Positions 12,214 through 25,700 of a stretch of DNA of 45,478 nucleotides are shown here, piece after piece. The notes beneath the pieces were generated by a model. That model saw nothing but the letters and a program-made list of their open reading frames with translations. It was not told the origin of the DNA and did no database searches. Location of the stretch: the NCBI GenBank assembly GCA_003990765.1, contig RBNJ01000060.1, forward strand, positions 1 through 45,478. Reading direction: 5' to 3'. The stretch is from Jimgerdemannia flammicorona. Taxonomy: Eukaryota. The translations under genes and the position numbers were made by a program. Positions within the stretch are counted from its first letter, which is position 1; every line of letters starts with the position of its first letter.

Positions 12214-15200
12214 ATGAACAACCCCCACAATAACTACCCTGACTACAAGAGTCACTCCTGTAAGAATTCAAGATAAGATGGAAATGTATCCCCCCACATT
12301 CTATAGATATACTACTGAAGAGTCAATCCTGACCTTCATTAAAGACTTTGAACAATTTGCCACTGTATGAGCCCTTGGTGTGGATGCACAATTGGCCCTT
12401 CTACTAGTCAGCCTCAAAGGACCTGCCAGAGATAAGTTCAATACAACCACTATTACCAATAATGGTATAGCCAAACTTGCCAATATGAAGGCCTTTCTCA
12501 GAACAACATACTATACTGAAGAGATCAAGTAAGCTCTCAAGGATTAACTCAATACTATCTGCTAGGGACTTAGTGAAGATTCCAACTCATTCTATACCCA
12601 AATCTACCACTAGATTGTCTTGACTGGCTATGATGATGCCCTCAAGGAACAAATAGTAGATTCAACCTTTCTCAAAGGAGTTCACCTAAAATTGCCTTAG
12701 CAATCTGGTCTACCCCAGCTGCACTGACCCTTGATCAGAAAGTGGTCTTTGTACAGAGATATTGGACTGTCAGACACCCTGTCAAACATTCAATAGAGAA
12801 AATAACTGGTATCAAGATAGAGCCATCAAAGCCAATCAGTATCATATCTACTATAGTTGTAAATAGACAACTAACTCCACCTACCCCCAAGGCAGCCAAA
12901 GTTGACCCAGTGGAGAAACTTGCCAAGTAGTTTGCCAAAATGACTGCACATCTTGGTGATGTTGTTAGAGAAGTCTGAAGTGCCAACAGGAGACCAGTGC
13001 AGAGATTTGCAGCTACTATAGAAGAATGCAATATCACATGCTTCAGATGTAGAGAAGAAGGCCACTATTCAAAGAATTGTATAACTGAAACAAGATGCAA
13101 AGCCCAACTAAGCAATGCTAGCAGAACCAGAGAACAAACTAATACAGTAGTTATCGAGGAGATTGGTGATACTGATGATGAAGATTACTATGAGAAGCTT
13201 GAATTCTACCATACTACTGAAGGTACCAGAATCCAGTCTAAGCCCTATGATAAGAAGAGCAACAGCAAGCCAGTTGAAAGATCAAAGAAGACCTCAGCTG
13301 TCACTATTCAAAGCAAGACTCAATCTAAGAAGATTGATTAAGACATAAAGTTAGATGAAACTGCCCACCAAATCATTGAAGACACTACTCCAGTCTCAGG
13401 AGAAAGTGAAAGCAAGAAAGAACAGAAGCTATGTAAGACCAAGATCCATCAGTATGATATCTATAAGGATCTCAAGGAACAGAAGGTCAATGCTACTTTT
13501 GGACAGCTAGCTGAAGTCTCTGCCTTCAGATAGCAGTTGAGAGTAGAACTTGCAACTACTGTCAAGAATCAAGAGTATAAGATTGTAGAAGCTCACAATG
13601 TACAGAAAGAATCCAAAAACTCAGATGAAGAATCTGAAGATCAGCACAAGACATCAGCCTATACTCTATGTCAGATTGAAGACTATATCTTTGATACTAT
13701 CATTGATACTGGTGCTGGAGAATGTCTTATGAGTAAGAAGGCAATTGATTGCCTAGGTTGGGACATTGAAGAGTCTACCAAGATGGTCTATGTTACAGCA
13801 GATGATATATAAGCTACCCCCCTTAGCAAGATCCAAGAAGTCCCCATCAAGATAGGAGAAGCTACTATTCTAGTGGACGTAATTGTTACAAGTATCACCA
13901 ACTATAACATTCTCATTGGCAACCAATGGCTTTATAAGGCCAAGGCCATCATTGACCTCAATGCCCAGAAGATGCAGATCAACTATAGAGGAAGAAAGAT
14001 ATGAGTCTCTATCAATATCTATAATGGAGTTCTACCAGACATGGAGGAAGAAGATGAAGAGGACACAGAGGTCTTCATGTACTTGGTGAATAAGAACAAG
14101 AACAAGACACCTAAGCTCACAGATGAGCAGTGGTATAACAAGATTATTGATGGCTATGCCCCTCAAGAAAGATACTCTCATAGTACTAGAATGTATTGCT
14201 CTAAACACCTGAATGACTACTGGTCCTATATCAGTGAAGTCAGAAAAATCTGCCAATAGAAATATGAGCAAGAAGCTGCTGAAGCAAAAAGGAAAGCTAA
14301 AGAAAATGACCAGCTCCCTGAGCTTTAGGCTGACAGTGATGATAAGGAGAAACAAGAATCAGACATCACCCTCAAGGTCAAGAAGTTTCACCCCAAAGCC
14401 AAGATCCCAGAATATAAGACTGAAGGAGCCAGAGAAATGGACCTTGCCATTATTCAAGATGCTATCCTCAAACCACAGACCACCACCCTACTTGATACTG
14501 AAATTGGAGTCAAGTTGCCAGAAAACCATACTGGAATTATCAAGACCAAGAGCAGTCTGGCCAAAAGTGAAATCTCAGTTGAAGGAGGAGTAATTGACTC
14601 TGATTACACTGGTGAGATCTTCCTTATAGTCAGGAATCACAACCCCACCACCCCATTTGAAGTCAAGAAGCATGATAGGATTGGCCAGATACTGATCCAT
14701 GAAATCAAGAAACCTAAGATCACTGAAGCCACAAAACTCATCAAGACCAAGAGAGGAGAACAAGGCTTTGGATCTACTGGAAGAGGAGCCTATGCCACCA
14801 CCAAGATTACCAAACTTGAACATAAGAGAGACAAGAACCAGAACAAGTACACATATACTATTGGAGAAAACTTTCCCCTGAAAGAACAACTTCTCAAGAT
14901 CCTATACTAGAATAAAGGAGTACTTACCACAGACTTCAGAGATATCCACAATCAAGAACCCAAGTACTACCACAAAGTTGACACTGGTGATACCAAGCCC
15001 ATCTACCAGAAAGCCAGACCCATACCACCTGTCTACAGAGAATAGCTGTGAGCAGAACTCAAGAAAATAGAAGAAGCCAGAATAAGCTATCAGTCCCTGG
15101 GCTTCACTCATTGTCCTTGCCCTGAAGAAAGGAAGCAAGCCTGGAGAGTTTGTACCAAGACTCTGTATTGACTACAGAAAGCTCAATACCATTACCAAGA

Positions 15201-17490
15201 AAGATAGGCAGCTCTTGCCAAATATTCAAAAAATCCTTACCACCCTTAGAAGCAAAGCCAAATACTACACCACCCTAGATCTGTTCTCAGGCTTCCATCA
15301 GATTGGTCTCACTCAAGATGTCAGTGAGAAATCAGCCTTCATCATACCTAACACCACCTATGTATATCTATCTGTGAATGCTATTTGGAATGTGCAATAC
15401 CCTAGTAAGTTTTCAGCAAATGATGAACAGAGCCTTCAGCAATGAGATTGGAAAATAGCTCTTTGTCTATATTGATGATGTGATCATCTTCAGCAATACT
15501 GCATAGGAATATGTCAATTACATACAGCTAGCCCTCAAGAAGCTCAAGGAGCATGGCCTTTACATCAAGCCTAAGAAATACAAGTTTGCAGCTTAAGAGA
15601 TCGCCTATCTAGGAAATCTCATCAACCAGACCAGAATCCATATAGACCCTATGAAGATTGAGACTATTGCAGCCTACCCAAGACCCAGAACAACTACAGA
15701 AGTCCATGTCTTCCTTGGACTGACCAACTACTACAGAAGATTCATCAAAGGATACTCCAATATTGCAGCACCACCTATCTATGAGCTATTAAAGAAGGAG
15801 ACCAAATTTGAATAGACCAAGGAATACTAAGAACCCTTCAATGAACTCAAGACTAGGTTAACCCAAGCACCTATCCTCAGAAGACCAGATTGGAACCTAG
15901 AATTCATCCTGCAGACAGATACATATACTATAGGACTTGAAGCATCCTAGCTCAGAAGAAAGATGGACATGAATATATCATCTCCTATATATACTGAGGT
16001 ACCTGTGGAGCAGAACAGAACTACAAGTCATACAAGCTCAAATGCTTAGCAGTAGTTTGGGCAGTAGACAAGTTCCACTACTATCTAGCTGAAAAATACT
16101 TCACTATTCAAACAGACCATTCCACTCTTGTCTGGCTATTCCACACTCTGAACCCCAAAGGAATATATGCCAGATAGATCTACAGGCTGTAAGAGTATGA
16201 CTGTACTGTTAAGCACCACTCAGAAAGAACCAATATCAATGCTGATGTACTCTTAAGGACACCCCAAAACACTCCCATCAAGACTATTCAATATGAATAA
16301 GGAGCTATACTATGGATTAATCAGCTATCTTGAGTAGCAGAAGATGCCCAACTATCTCGAACCCTGAACAATCACCATCATCAACCAGACTTGGAAACAG
16401 TTTGAACTAGACAACACTATACTCAGAAAAGAAGGAAAGCTAGTAATACTAGAATACAAGAAGTATTCAGTAATGAAGGAAGTATATGAGTAAGGATATC
16501 TAGAAGAAACCAATACATATGACAAGGCAAGAAGAACCATATGGTGGCCTAAGATAGAAGAAGACCTTTGCCAATTTGTCAAAGAGTGTGACAAGTACCA
16601 AAAACAGAAACAATATCAGCAAGACCAGGCACCTGGGTTATCAAGAATCAAGCCTATCCTCTTCTACCACATCACAATCAATATCATTGGGCCACTACTA
16701 GTAATATTATCAGGAAACTGCTATATTATAGTTATTGTAGACCTCTTTACCAAATGGATAGAAACAGGAGCATTACAAGAAGCCAATGTCCTCTCTATAG
16801 CTAACTTTCTATATCAAGAAATCATCTGCTGCTATAAGACACCAAAGCAAATCACAACAGACTGTGGTATAGAATTTGTCAATAGATTCCATGAGATAAT
16901 GTATTAGAAATACAAGATCCAGTATATCAAGACCACCACATACCACCCTCAAGGAAATGGACAGATAGAGAGAACCAATAAGACTCTCAAGAACATTCTA
17001 GTGAAGATCTCAGAGACATATGAGAATTGGGATAACTATCTCTCAACTGTCCTCTCTGTCCTATGAGATATATTATCACAGAGCACACACTTTACCCCAA
17101 GAGAACTGCTCTTTGGAGAAGAAGATTCTGATGGAACCTCAGCCACAAATCTAGACCTAACTTGGAGATGGGTTGATGCAGAAATCCCAAGACTACACCA
17201 AATCAGGAAGAAGGCTGAAGATAACATTATCAAGTTACAAGTACTGATAAGAAAGAATGCAGAAAAGAATCACAAGACCCTAGAACCCATCTGAATTGGA
17301 GAAAAGATCCTACTGTATCAAAATATGGTAGAAGCCTCATAGTCATAAAAACTGGAGCCCAAATGGGAAGGACTCTTCTATGTGCAAGATATCAAGAGAA
17401 CTATCTTCTAGCTTAGAAAAATCTCAGAGACCATACTGCCTACTACAGTACATAGGAACAGACTCAAGAAGTACCATGAACCTATATAAG
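12214..17490 (+). pseudogene. gag-pol of element A
   Basis: Zn knuckle CFRCREEGHYSKNC; protease IIDTGAG; RT RLCIDYRKLN, LDLFSGFHQI, YIDD; RNase H FILQTD, TDHS; integrase DIIGPL, TDCGIEF, YHPQGNGQIERTN, KWEG. Many premature stops. Confidence 0.95.
14380..14781 (+). pseudogene. dUTPase domain within pol of element A
   Basis: All five dUTPase motifs are recognisable: MDL, KSSLA, GGVIDSDYTGE, RIGQ, RGEQGFGSTG. Confidence 0.93.
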
Positions 17491-17843
17491 AGAAGCAAAA
17501 TGTGATGGTCACCCATGAGATTCTAGTCTGTAAATTGTAACAGTATGTCCCATGATCAGCAGACTATCTGTCTGGACCATTCTCTAAGAGATATGGTACC
17601 AGCAACTACTTATCCATGAGACTTTTGAAGCCAGAGGAGTTCGAACTATCAACTGATTGGTTAAGATCAGAATTAGGCCCTTGCTCTATATGAAGAGAGT
17701 GATCCTTCACCATCATGTCAAAATTCAAAGAGAAGATGTCAGCCCATAAACACTACTTTTCAACCCCTTGCCAGAGGTTATAGGATCAGCAAATTTTTCA
17801 GGACTGGATGAATGAATAAGGATGCTCGAGAAGATCCTTATTT

Positions 17844-17853
17844 AGGAAGAAGA
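17844..17853 (+). promoter_or_regulatory. Polypurine tract of element A
   Basis: aggaagaaga lies immediately before the TG of the 3' LTR. Confidence 0.85.
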
Positions 17854-19347
17854 TGTAATGGTAACCCCAGAATGATGACATCAGCACAGGAGACAGTCTT
17901 TTCTTACAAACCACCAGATCAGAGCATAAGAAGATCATATGGCATATGAGATGAGTAATGATGACCAACTGTGAGTCATTGTGACCCTAGTTAAGTATTT
18001 TGAGGAATATAAAAAAAGGATCAAGGAACTGCAGTAGTAGTAATCAATAAGACCCACTAATCCCAAAATAGCTCAAAGACTTACCATAAACAAAATGCCT
18101 GCTACTCATCAAACCTCAAGGTCAAGGAACTATCAAGGCATCTTAGTTGAAGAAAGGATGTTCCAAGACATCAGAAGAGCCATGAGGACCCACTCAAGAA
18201 GGACTCCTAGTGTCAACCTGAGTACTGGTGACCCTTATCATTATATCCTCTACCACTGTAAAATGGAAACAAGGATCACCATTACTACCAAATGCCTCCA
18301 AATGTGGTAGAAATATGAAATAGGAAACCTCCTCTACTGGGAGTTCCCACAGGCCAGCCCTCAGGAGCTATAAGATGCCACTTCCATAGATATATGTGAG
18401 GTAAGGACAGCTAAGAAGATCCATCAGATCTTCAGACATACACTATAGTCAATCCCCAACTTAGAGTATGTTAGAGTCCCAGACTTCAGAGATCTGTCAT
18501 CTTGCCATATCAATGCACTAGAAACCAGGGTGGCTACAGAAGCCCAGTCCACTATTATCCTCAATAGTGATAAAGTAGAAGACTTCTGGCACCCCATTCT
18601 CCAGGACAACCTAGATCAATTCCTGCAAGGATTGATCTCAGTATTTCAAGGCCCAAGCATCCAGATTAGGCCTTCCCAAGACCCCACATTTGTCCCCTAT
18701 TTTGTGGAAGAGAACCTCATAGATTGGAGAGATCCCAATTTTATTACTGTCAAATGTGATAATGTCATTAGTGATGATATCATCCCATGTGACATTGAAG
18801 TACATGAAACATACAACCTATATGATAACAATGAATTTGCAGACCTCATCTCCTTCAAAGATATCCTGATCTCTGATGATGAAGCCCCTATGGTCTTGAA
18901 CATTCTGCTCTAAGTCTCTTAATATAACACTGAAAAATGCCAGCACTGGCATTTTGATGTAATACTGAATTATACCAGCATTCTGAACCTATACAATCAT
19001 CAGTGCTGACCCTAAAACTTAGCAGTTTTCCTGTCCTGGCATTTTATTTTAGTTATTGGAATTATATTTAGCTTTATATCTTAGCAATTATTGAATTATA
19101 TTTTGTATAAATACTTCTCTTATTTTCTCTGAAATAAAGTCAGTTCCAGTTTACTTATATGTACATAATCTCTTACAAGCAATCTAAGAGATAATAAGAC
19201 AGTTTAAAGATAAGAAGTTTGAGGACTATAAGACCTTGGGAAGGTACTCCAATAAGAACTTGCTTATAATAAACTTGAGTTAGTCTAAGAGATATACCTT
19301 GAAGAGAATCTGGCATATTTGAAGGACTCGGCAACCACTATGTGACA
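17854..19347 (+). repeat. 3' LTR of element A
   Basis: TGTAAT...TGACA, a direct repeat of 10668-12158. Confidence 0.95.
17858..18913 (+). pseudogene. LTR(U3)-encoded accessory ORF, 3' LTR copy (up to 351 codons)
   Basis: ATG at 17858 is in frame with ORF pieces 18095-18310 and 18530-18913. Same length and frame as the 5' LTR copy. Confidence 0.72.
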
Positions 19348-20599
19348 GTATATGTAATATAAGAGTCTATGGATTATTATTGAAACTAAATCTTTATTGA
19401 TATAAGTTGAAATTTATATAGTTTTTATATATAGTATTTATAGTATTCATTATTCATAGTATTTATAGTATAGTAGTATTCATAGTATAAATTACAGATT
19501 TATTACAGATATATTTTATAATAAATATATCTCATCTTTTTATATTTGAGTTAAATTCTATTACTTACTCTTTATAGATAGCAGATTTGATTTAATATTA
19601 AGTGAGAAGTTATATAATAAATCTAATATACTTCTTTGATTGTATCATTTCACTTTTGGTCTTTTTCTCTTCTAGTAAGATAAGGTAGTACTTTTTTGAC
19701 TAAATGAGTAATTACTATTTCTTATCCTTTCTCAGTCTAGTTGTGCTGAATTTATTCATCATATTATAATTTTTTACTGAATAGATGATTTTCCACAATA
19801 GTATCCTTAGAGATAGTGTTAATGGCATATTCATACAATTTAGAGTATATTCTGATTGAGTTTATTAGCTCTGTGTTTTGTCTAGAAACTATATCTTGAG
19901 CTCATCTAAGAGTGACACCAAATTGCTAAAGTATTTTATTGACTTTATTAGTCTATTTGGCTTTCTTCAGAAGTCATTGTCACTTTTGGTACTTGGTATT
20001 TTATTTGGTACTAATAGTGGCTTTTTGTTTCATTAAGATTTATTCTCTATTATCCGAGAACTCTTTATTACTGGCTGGAGATAGTGATAGTGTTGTTTCT
20101 GTTTTTCTTATATAAAACAATCCTTTATTAGCTGTAATTCATATTTCTTTCCATTTTGTCTATATAGTAATAAATATATGAATTTTATTAATAGTGTTAA
20201 GAATGTTATTTGGAAAATCAGAATGGTTGAGTTACAGATATATTTTCTATTTATTTGTCATTTTTCTTATCTGAGTATAGCTATGCTTACTAGTCCCAAA
20301 CTAAACCTCAAATTTCTGCATATTTTGTATACTAAATTACTAGGAATACAGACAGGAAATCACAATATATAAACTATAATTTCATTATATGAACTTGAAT
20401 AACTGCAGATATGAACTAATAGATACTAATAGATTTGTTTTCTTGAAGACATAGCTATATAAACTAAATAGTAAGTACATAGATAGAAATATATAATAAT
20501 ATGAACTAAAAGCTATAAACTCAAACTATATTAAATAATATAAACTCAAACAGCTGTAAATATAAACTAGTAAATACAAACTAAAGTTTTTTTTCCTAA

Positions 20600-21872
20600 T
20601 ATTGATCTTTAGAGTACTGATACTTCTCTTGATATTCTTGAAGATACTAAACTTAGATAATCTGCTAGTCTAGATAAGAGTGAGATAAGTAGAACTTTTA
20701 AGAAGAATGAAAATCAGACAATATAATCTTTAAGTTCTTATATATATAAGTTTGTCAAAAGTTTAGACTAAGTCTTCTATATTATATAGCTAAGGCAGAT
20801 CTTTTAGTAGTAAGTCTGCTAGTACTTCTAGAGTATTTATAAGCTGAACTCTTAGTAATTAGACTGATACTGGTTGAGAATTTTATACTATACTGACCTC
20901 TGATTGAGATTCTTCTGATACTAAATAATTAATAAGTCTTGAGATAATTACTTCTCTTTCTGTCTAAATGCTTCTAATAATTCTTTCTCCTATAGTAGCA
21001 GAGATTAGTATTATATCAAATAGATTTAGTTTAATTGTTGAGTTCTTGTAAGCTAAAAAGTTACATAGATTTTTAGAAAATCTTTCCAGTTGAGTCTCTA
21101 AATATAATATACTAGCTTAATAGAGATAAATTAAAAGTTTGGAGCTACTATATAGATTGACTTGAGCCCCTAGTTACTTTGTCAAAAAGTAATAAAATGG
21201 TTAATTATTTACCAAAAGTAAGTATGATAAGTAATACAGATTCTCATAAATATAGCAAATTTCTCTTCTGGCTTAGTCTAGTAAGTATACTAATAATATA
21301 ATAGATTTCTATTCTAACTTAGTCTGAAATATATCAAAAATAGCAGAGTTCTCAAATTCAAACTTAATCTGATAAGTAGAAAACTTCTTTATATTGAAAA
21401 GTGAACTAAAGTGGAAAAAAAAACTCACAATCTTTAAGTAGTAACTATAAAGCAGATGTTTCTCTTAAGTATTATAATATTTTCTAAATCAAGTGGCTTT
21501 TGGCTAATATATCTCTCAAAGAATATTAAATAGACTTATCTTTTGCTTTAAAACTTTTCAGACTAAGGTTTATTTACTCTTATTACTAGAATATTTTATA
21601 TAGTTGTAATTACCAACTAGTTGCTATATATATGGCTAATTATAAAATATATAGTAAGGTTAATTTAGATAGATATTCTCTTATAGAATAGATGTTTCTT
21701 CAAAGTATAGATATTTCCTCAAGATATAAATATACTTTAGATTTATAAAATTTATTCTAATTTAGTATATCAGTTATTTATATAATAGATAAAATAAGAG
21801 ATAACTATGTAAGATAGCTATGCTGAGTGTTTTATATATTATCTAGTTATACTATAATATTAGCTCATTATA
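20600..21872 (-). mobile_element. Older relic of a Gypsy element related to family C (5' LTR 21103-21872 plus leader/gag start)
   Basis: 20850-21130 aligns by eye with 37050-37320. The LTR shares blocks with the C LTRs (ttgagccc.tagttactttgt, cagact.aggtttatt.actctta, gctcatta.a). Far more AT-decayed than C. The left boundary is approximate. Confidence 0.8.
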
Positions 21873-21912
21873 GTAGTTATATATATAATATATAATACAT
21901 ATGTATAACTAT

Positions 21913-22317
21913 TATAATATAGCAGATGCTTACTCTTGAAAGTATGTCAGATTTCTGTATCTTGAAAACTTGATCTTCTCTGACTCCTCAGAGTCCTTTG
22001 AGTTGTAGGGGAGGATGGGTGAGTTTGAAGTATATCTGCCTGCAGGCTTACTAGTTCCTTTGCTATCTCTTTGCTTTGAACTATTTTGATCTGAGGTTTA
22101 TTCACTTGAAGATACTGGGTTATTTATACAAGTTTGCTAGCTATGAGATGGTTACTGGGTTATATAGCTAAGTTATGAGTCATTTAACACTTTGCGAAAT
22201 ATTTAGCAAGTGGTGAAATTAAGGACTGCTAACTATGTGGCTATACTACTTTGGGACTGAGTGTGATCAAGTGTCTGTTCTCTATTTCCTTCTTCTGAAT
22301 CTGGCTATACCATCACA
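21913..22317 (-). repeat. 3' LTR of element B (405 bp)
   Basis: Direct repeat of 28015-28473, shorter by an internal indel. Confidence 0.95.
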
Positions 22318-22324
22318 ACTTCCT

Positions 22325-22770
22325 CCTAAATAGATGATCTCATCCTTGAAGCATCTATTCAAACTCCCAGGCTTCAATGGTCTGTATGGTCTTGTATTGT
22401 GTGATTTGTTACATTACTGTTTCCCAATGGTGTCACCTGACTTGGTCAAAGTCTGAGGGAGTCACTCCTCACAGGTGGGCTAGTGCTGGTTCATCCTCTT
22501 AGAATAGCTTATAGATTCTCTTAGCAATAGTGATCTGGGAATAGGAGAGCTGGCATTCTACGATCCAATTTTCTTTGGTCATTTCTGGGTCTTGGTTGAG
22601 TACTTGGCCAAGTTTGAAGTACTCTTGAAATTCATTTTGATACTGATAGGTCTTGAAGTATGAGATTCAAGAGAGATGAGTCTGTGCAATGCTTTGGATA
22701 CTATCATAAGACTCCTCTATGATTGGAGGCTTGGTGGTATACCATCGCAGTACTTTTGTTACTGGCCATG
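22325..22770 (-). pseudogene. Accessory ORF downstream of integrase in element B
   Basis: Single frame ...QEYFKLGQVLNQDPEMTKENWIVECQLSYSQITIAKRIYKLF*EDEPALAHL*GVTPSDFDQV..., similar to the A LTR ORF. Confidence 0.65.
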
Positions 22771-25700
22771 ATATTTCTTGAGTCAGTTTCAGTGAATGGT
22801 GGTGGAGATTATTGTGCCTGAGGGCTTTTGTAATCAGAAAGTAGTCTCTTTTATATCTTACACCAGGTAAGGTCCTTCCCACTTGGGCTCTAGTTTTTGT
22901 GACCAAGAAGCTTCTACCATGTTCCAGTATATCAGAACTTCGTCTCCTATCTTAATAATCTCCAGAGGCTTATGGATCTTTTCCGCATTGCTCCATTGTA
23001 GTACCTGTGCCTTGATTATGTAATCCTCTGCCTTTTTCCTAATTTGATGTAATCTCCATATCTTCGTATCCACATGCTTCCAGACTGCATCATTATTTGC
23101 TGACAAACTTCCACTAGAACTTTCTTCTCCAAACAGCATCTCCCAGGGGGTAAAGTGGGTACTTTGTGATCTGATATCCTGGAGAGCAGATAATGCTATT
23201 GGCAGATAGTGATCCCAGTTTTCATAGTTATCACAGATCTTGGCGATAACATTCTTGAGGGTCTTGTTGGTCCTTTCTGCTTGTCCATTTCCTTGGGGGT
23301 GATAGGCTGTGGTCTGAATGTGCTAGATCTTATACTTCTTGTAGAGAACCTCAAAGAGCTGGTTCACAAATTCTATTCCTCTATCTGTAGTTACTTGTAT
23401 TGGGGTCTTGAACTGGCAGATGATTTCCTTGTGGAAGAAATTGGCAATTGACTATACATTGGCTTTCTTGAGGGGTCCTGCTTCTATCCACTTCATAAAA
23501 AGGTCTATGATGATAATGATATATCGGTTACCAGTTAGGGTCAAGGGTAGAGGGCCAATTACATCCATTGCTATATGGGCAAATGGTACTGGTTCTATGT
23601 GTACTGATCCTGAGGCCTGGTTTTGTTGGTCTTGTTTCTGTTTCTGGTATTTGTCACAGGTTCTGACAAATTGTCTGATATCTTCTTCCATTCCAGGCCA
23701 CTACATGGTTCTTCTTGCTTTGTCATATATATTTGTTCCTCCTACGTGGCCTTGTTTATGTACTTCTTTCATTACTTGATTCTTCCAGTGCTCAGGGATG
23801 ACTAATTGTTGTCCTTTCTTGAGTATTTCTCCATCAGTTTCGAATTGTTTCCATGTCCGATTAATAATTGTTTTTGTCCATTCTTCCAGATGCAGGGGCA
23901 TCTTTCACTGCCCCAGGTAGCTGATGATTCCATAGTACAGCTCCCTATTCATAGTGATTTTGTGGGAGTGGGGTCCTTCAGGGTGTCCATGAGAGGGCAT
24001 TGGCATTGGCATTGGTTCTTCCAGGGCAGTGAGTGATTGTAACATCATATGCTTGCAGCTTTATGATCTATTAGACATAGATTCCTTTGGGTTCACTGGT
24101 GGTGAGCAACCAGGTGAGTGCTGAGTGGTCTGTCTGGATGGTGAAGTGTCTTCTTGCCAGGTAATAGTGGAACTTCTCTATAGCCCAGATGACTGCAAGA
24201 CATTCTAGCTTGTATGACTCATAGGACTGCTCTGCTCTATGAGTACCTCAGCTGAGATAGGCTACTACATACTCGGTGCCATTCTTCTTCTATGCAAGGA
24301 TAGCTTCAAGTTCCATTGTACTGGCATCTGTCTGTAGAATAAATTCTCATGTCCAGTCAGGTCTTCTCAAGATTGGAGCCTGGGTCAGCCTGATCTTGAG
24401 TTCATCAAAGGCTAGTTGCTGTTGTTGTGTTTACTGGAACTTGACCTCTTTTCTGAACAGATCATAGATAGGGCTGGCAATGTGGGAGAATCTTCGAATA
24501 AATCTTCTATAATAGGATGCTAGTCCCATGAAGGCTCAGGCTTCAGTGACACTGGTAGGTACTGGGTATGCTGCTACTGCCTTGATCTTTGTGGGATCTG
24601 TGTGTGTTCCTTCATAGTTGATGATGTATCTGAGGTATGCAATTTCTTCTTCTCCAAATTTGCATTTCTTGGGCTTGATGTAGAGGCCATTTTTGTGAAG
24701 CCTTCTGAGGATTTCCTTGATATATTCCAAGTGCTCCTTGGCTGTTTGGCTGAAGATGATCACATCATCCACATATACCATTATCCATTTTTCCATAACA
24801 TCTCTGAAGATGCTATTCATCATTTGCTGGAAGCTTGCTGGTGCATTGCACATTCCAAAGGGTATGTAGAGATAGACATAGGTTCTATCAGGAGTGATGA
24901 AGGCTAATCTTTTGCTGGCTTCAGGTGTAAGGCCAATTTGGTAGAATCATGAGAACAGATCCAGAGTAGTGTAAAATCGTGATTCATTCCCCAGTATGAT
25001 AAGAATGTCACCAATGTTGGGCAATGGTTGTCTATCCTTCTCTGTGATCTCGTTGAGTCTTTTATAGTCTGTGCAGAGTCTTGGTGCAAATTCTTCTAGT
25101 CAGCTTCCTTTTTTTGGTGCAAGGACAATAGGTGAAGACCAAGGGCTGCTGGCTTTCTTGATGATACCAGATTCCTCCATTTCCTTGATTTCAGTCTTGA
25201 GCCATTCTCTGTATGTTGGCAGAATGGGGTGGGCTTTTTGATAGATTGGTTTTGCATCTCCAGTATTGATGTCATGATAGTACAAGGGTTTCTTGATCTT
25301 GATGTTCTTGAAATCTGTGGCCAGTACATCTTCAAATATATGTAAGAGGTTCTGCAACTCCTTCCTGAGGGGAAAGTTCTTTCCAATTACATAAGTGTGT
25401 TTGTCTTGGCTTTCCTCCTTCTTGTGCTCCAATTCTGTAATCTTGGTTGCTGTGAGGACTCCTCTTCCTGTAGAGCCAAATCCAGCTCTTCCTTGCTGAG
25501 TTTGTCTGATGTTTGCAACTTCCTTAATTCTTGGGTTAAGGACAGGTAGGATGAGCATTTGTACTAGCCGATCCTTCTTCTTTACTTCAAATGGGATTGT
25601 TGAATTATGATTCCTGGTGAGGAGGAGAATTTCTCTTGTATAGTCTGAATCAATAACTCCTCCTTCTATAGATATTTCACTTTTCGCCAAGCTGCTCCTT

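Larger units (their letters stand above)
10668..19347 (+). mobile_element. Ty3/Gypsy LTR retrotransposon A (complete, degenerate; ~1.49-kb LTRs)
   Basis: Two TG...CA LTRs, PBS, PPT and the order gag-PR-dUTPase-RT-RNaseH-IN. Probable 4-bp TSD atat (10664-10667) / gtat (19348-19351). Confidence 0.95.

Noticed and set aside
17490-17853. Possible chromodomain or env gene after the integrase of element A
   Set aside because: No Y.VKW.GY/W chromodomain pattern and no signal or transmembrane segment is visible.
20380-20590. Loose atat(g/a)aact repeat cluster
   Set aside because: Too degenerate to define a unit or function. Probably a decayed tandem repeat within an old element.
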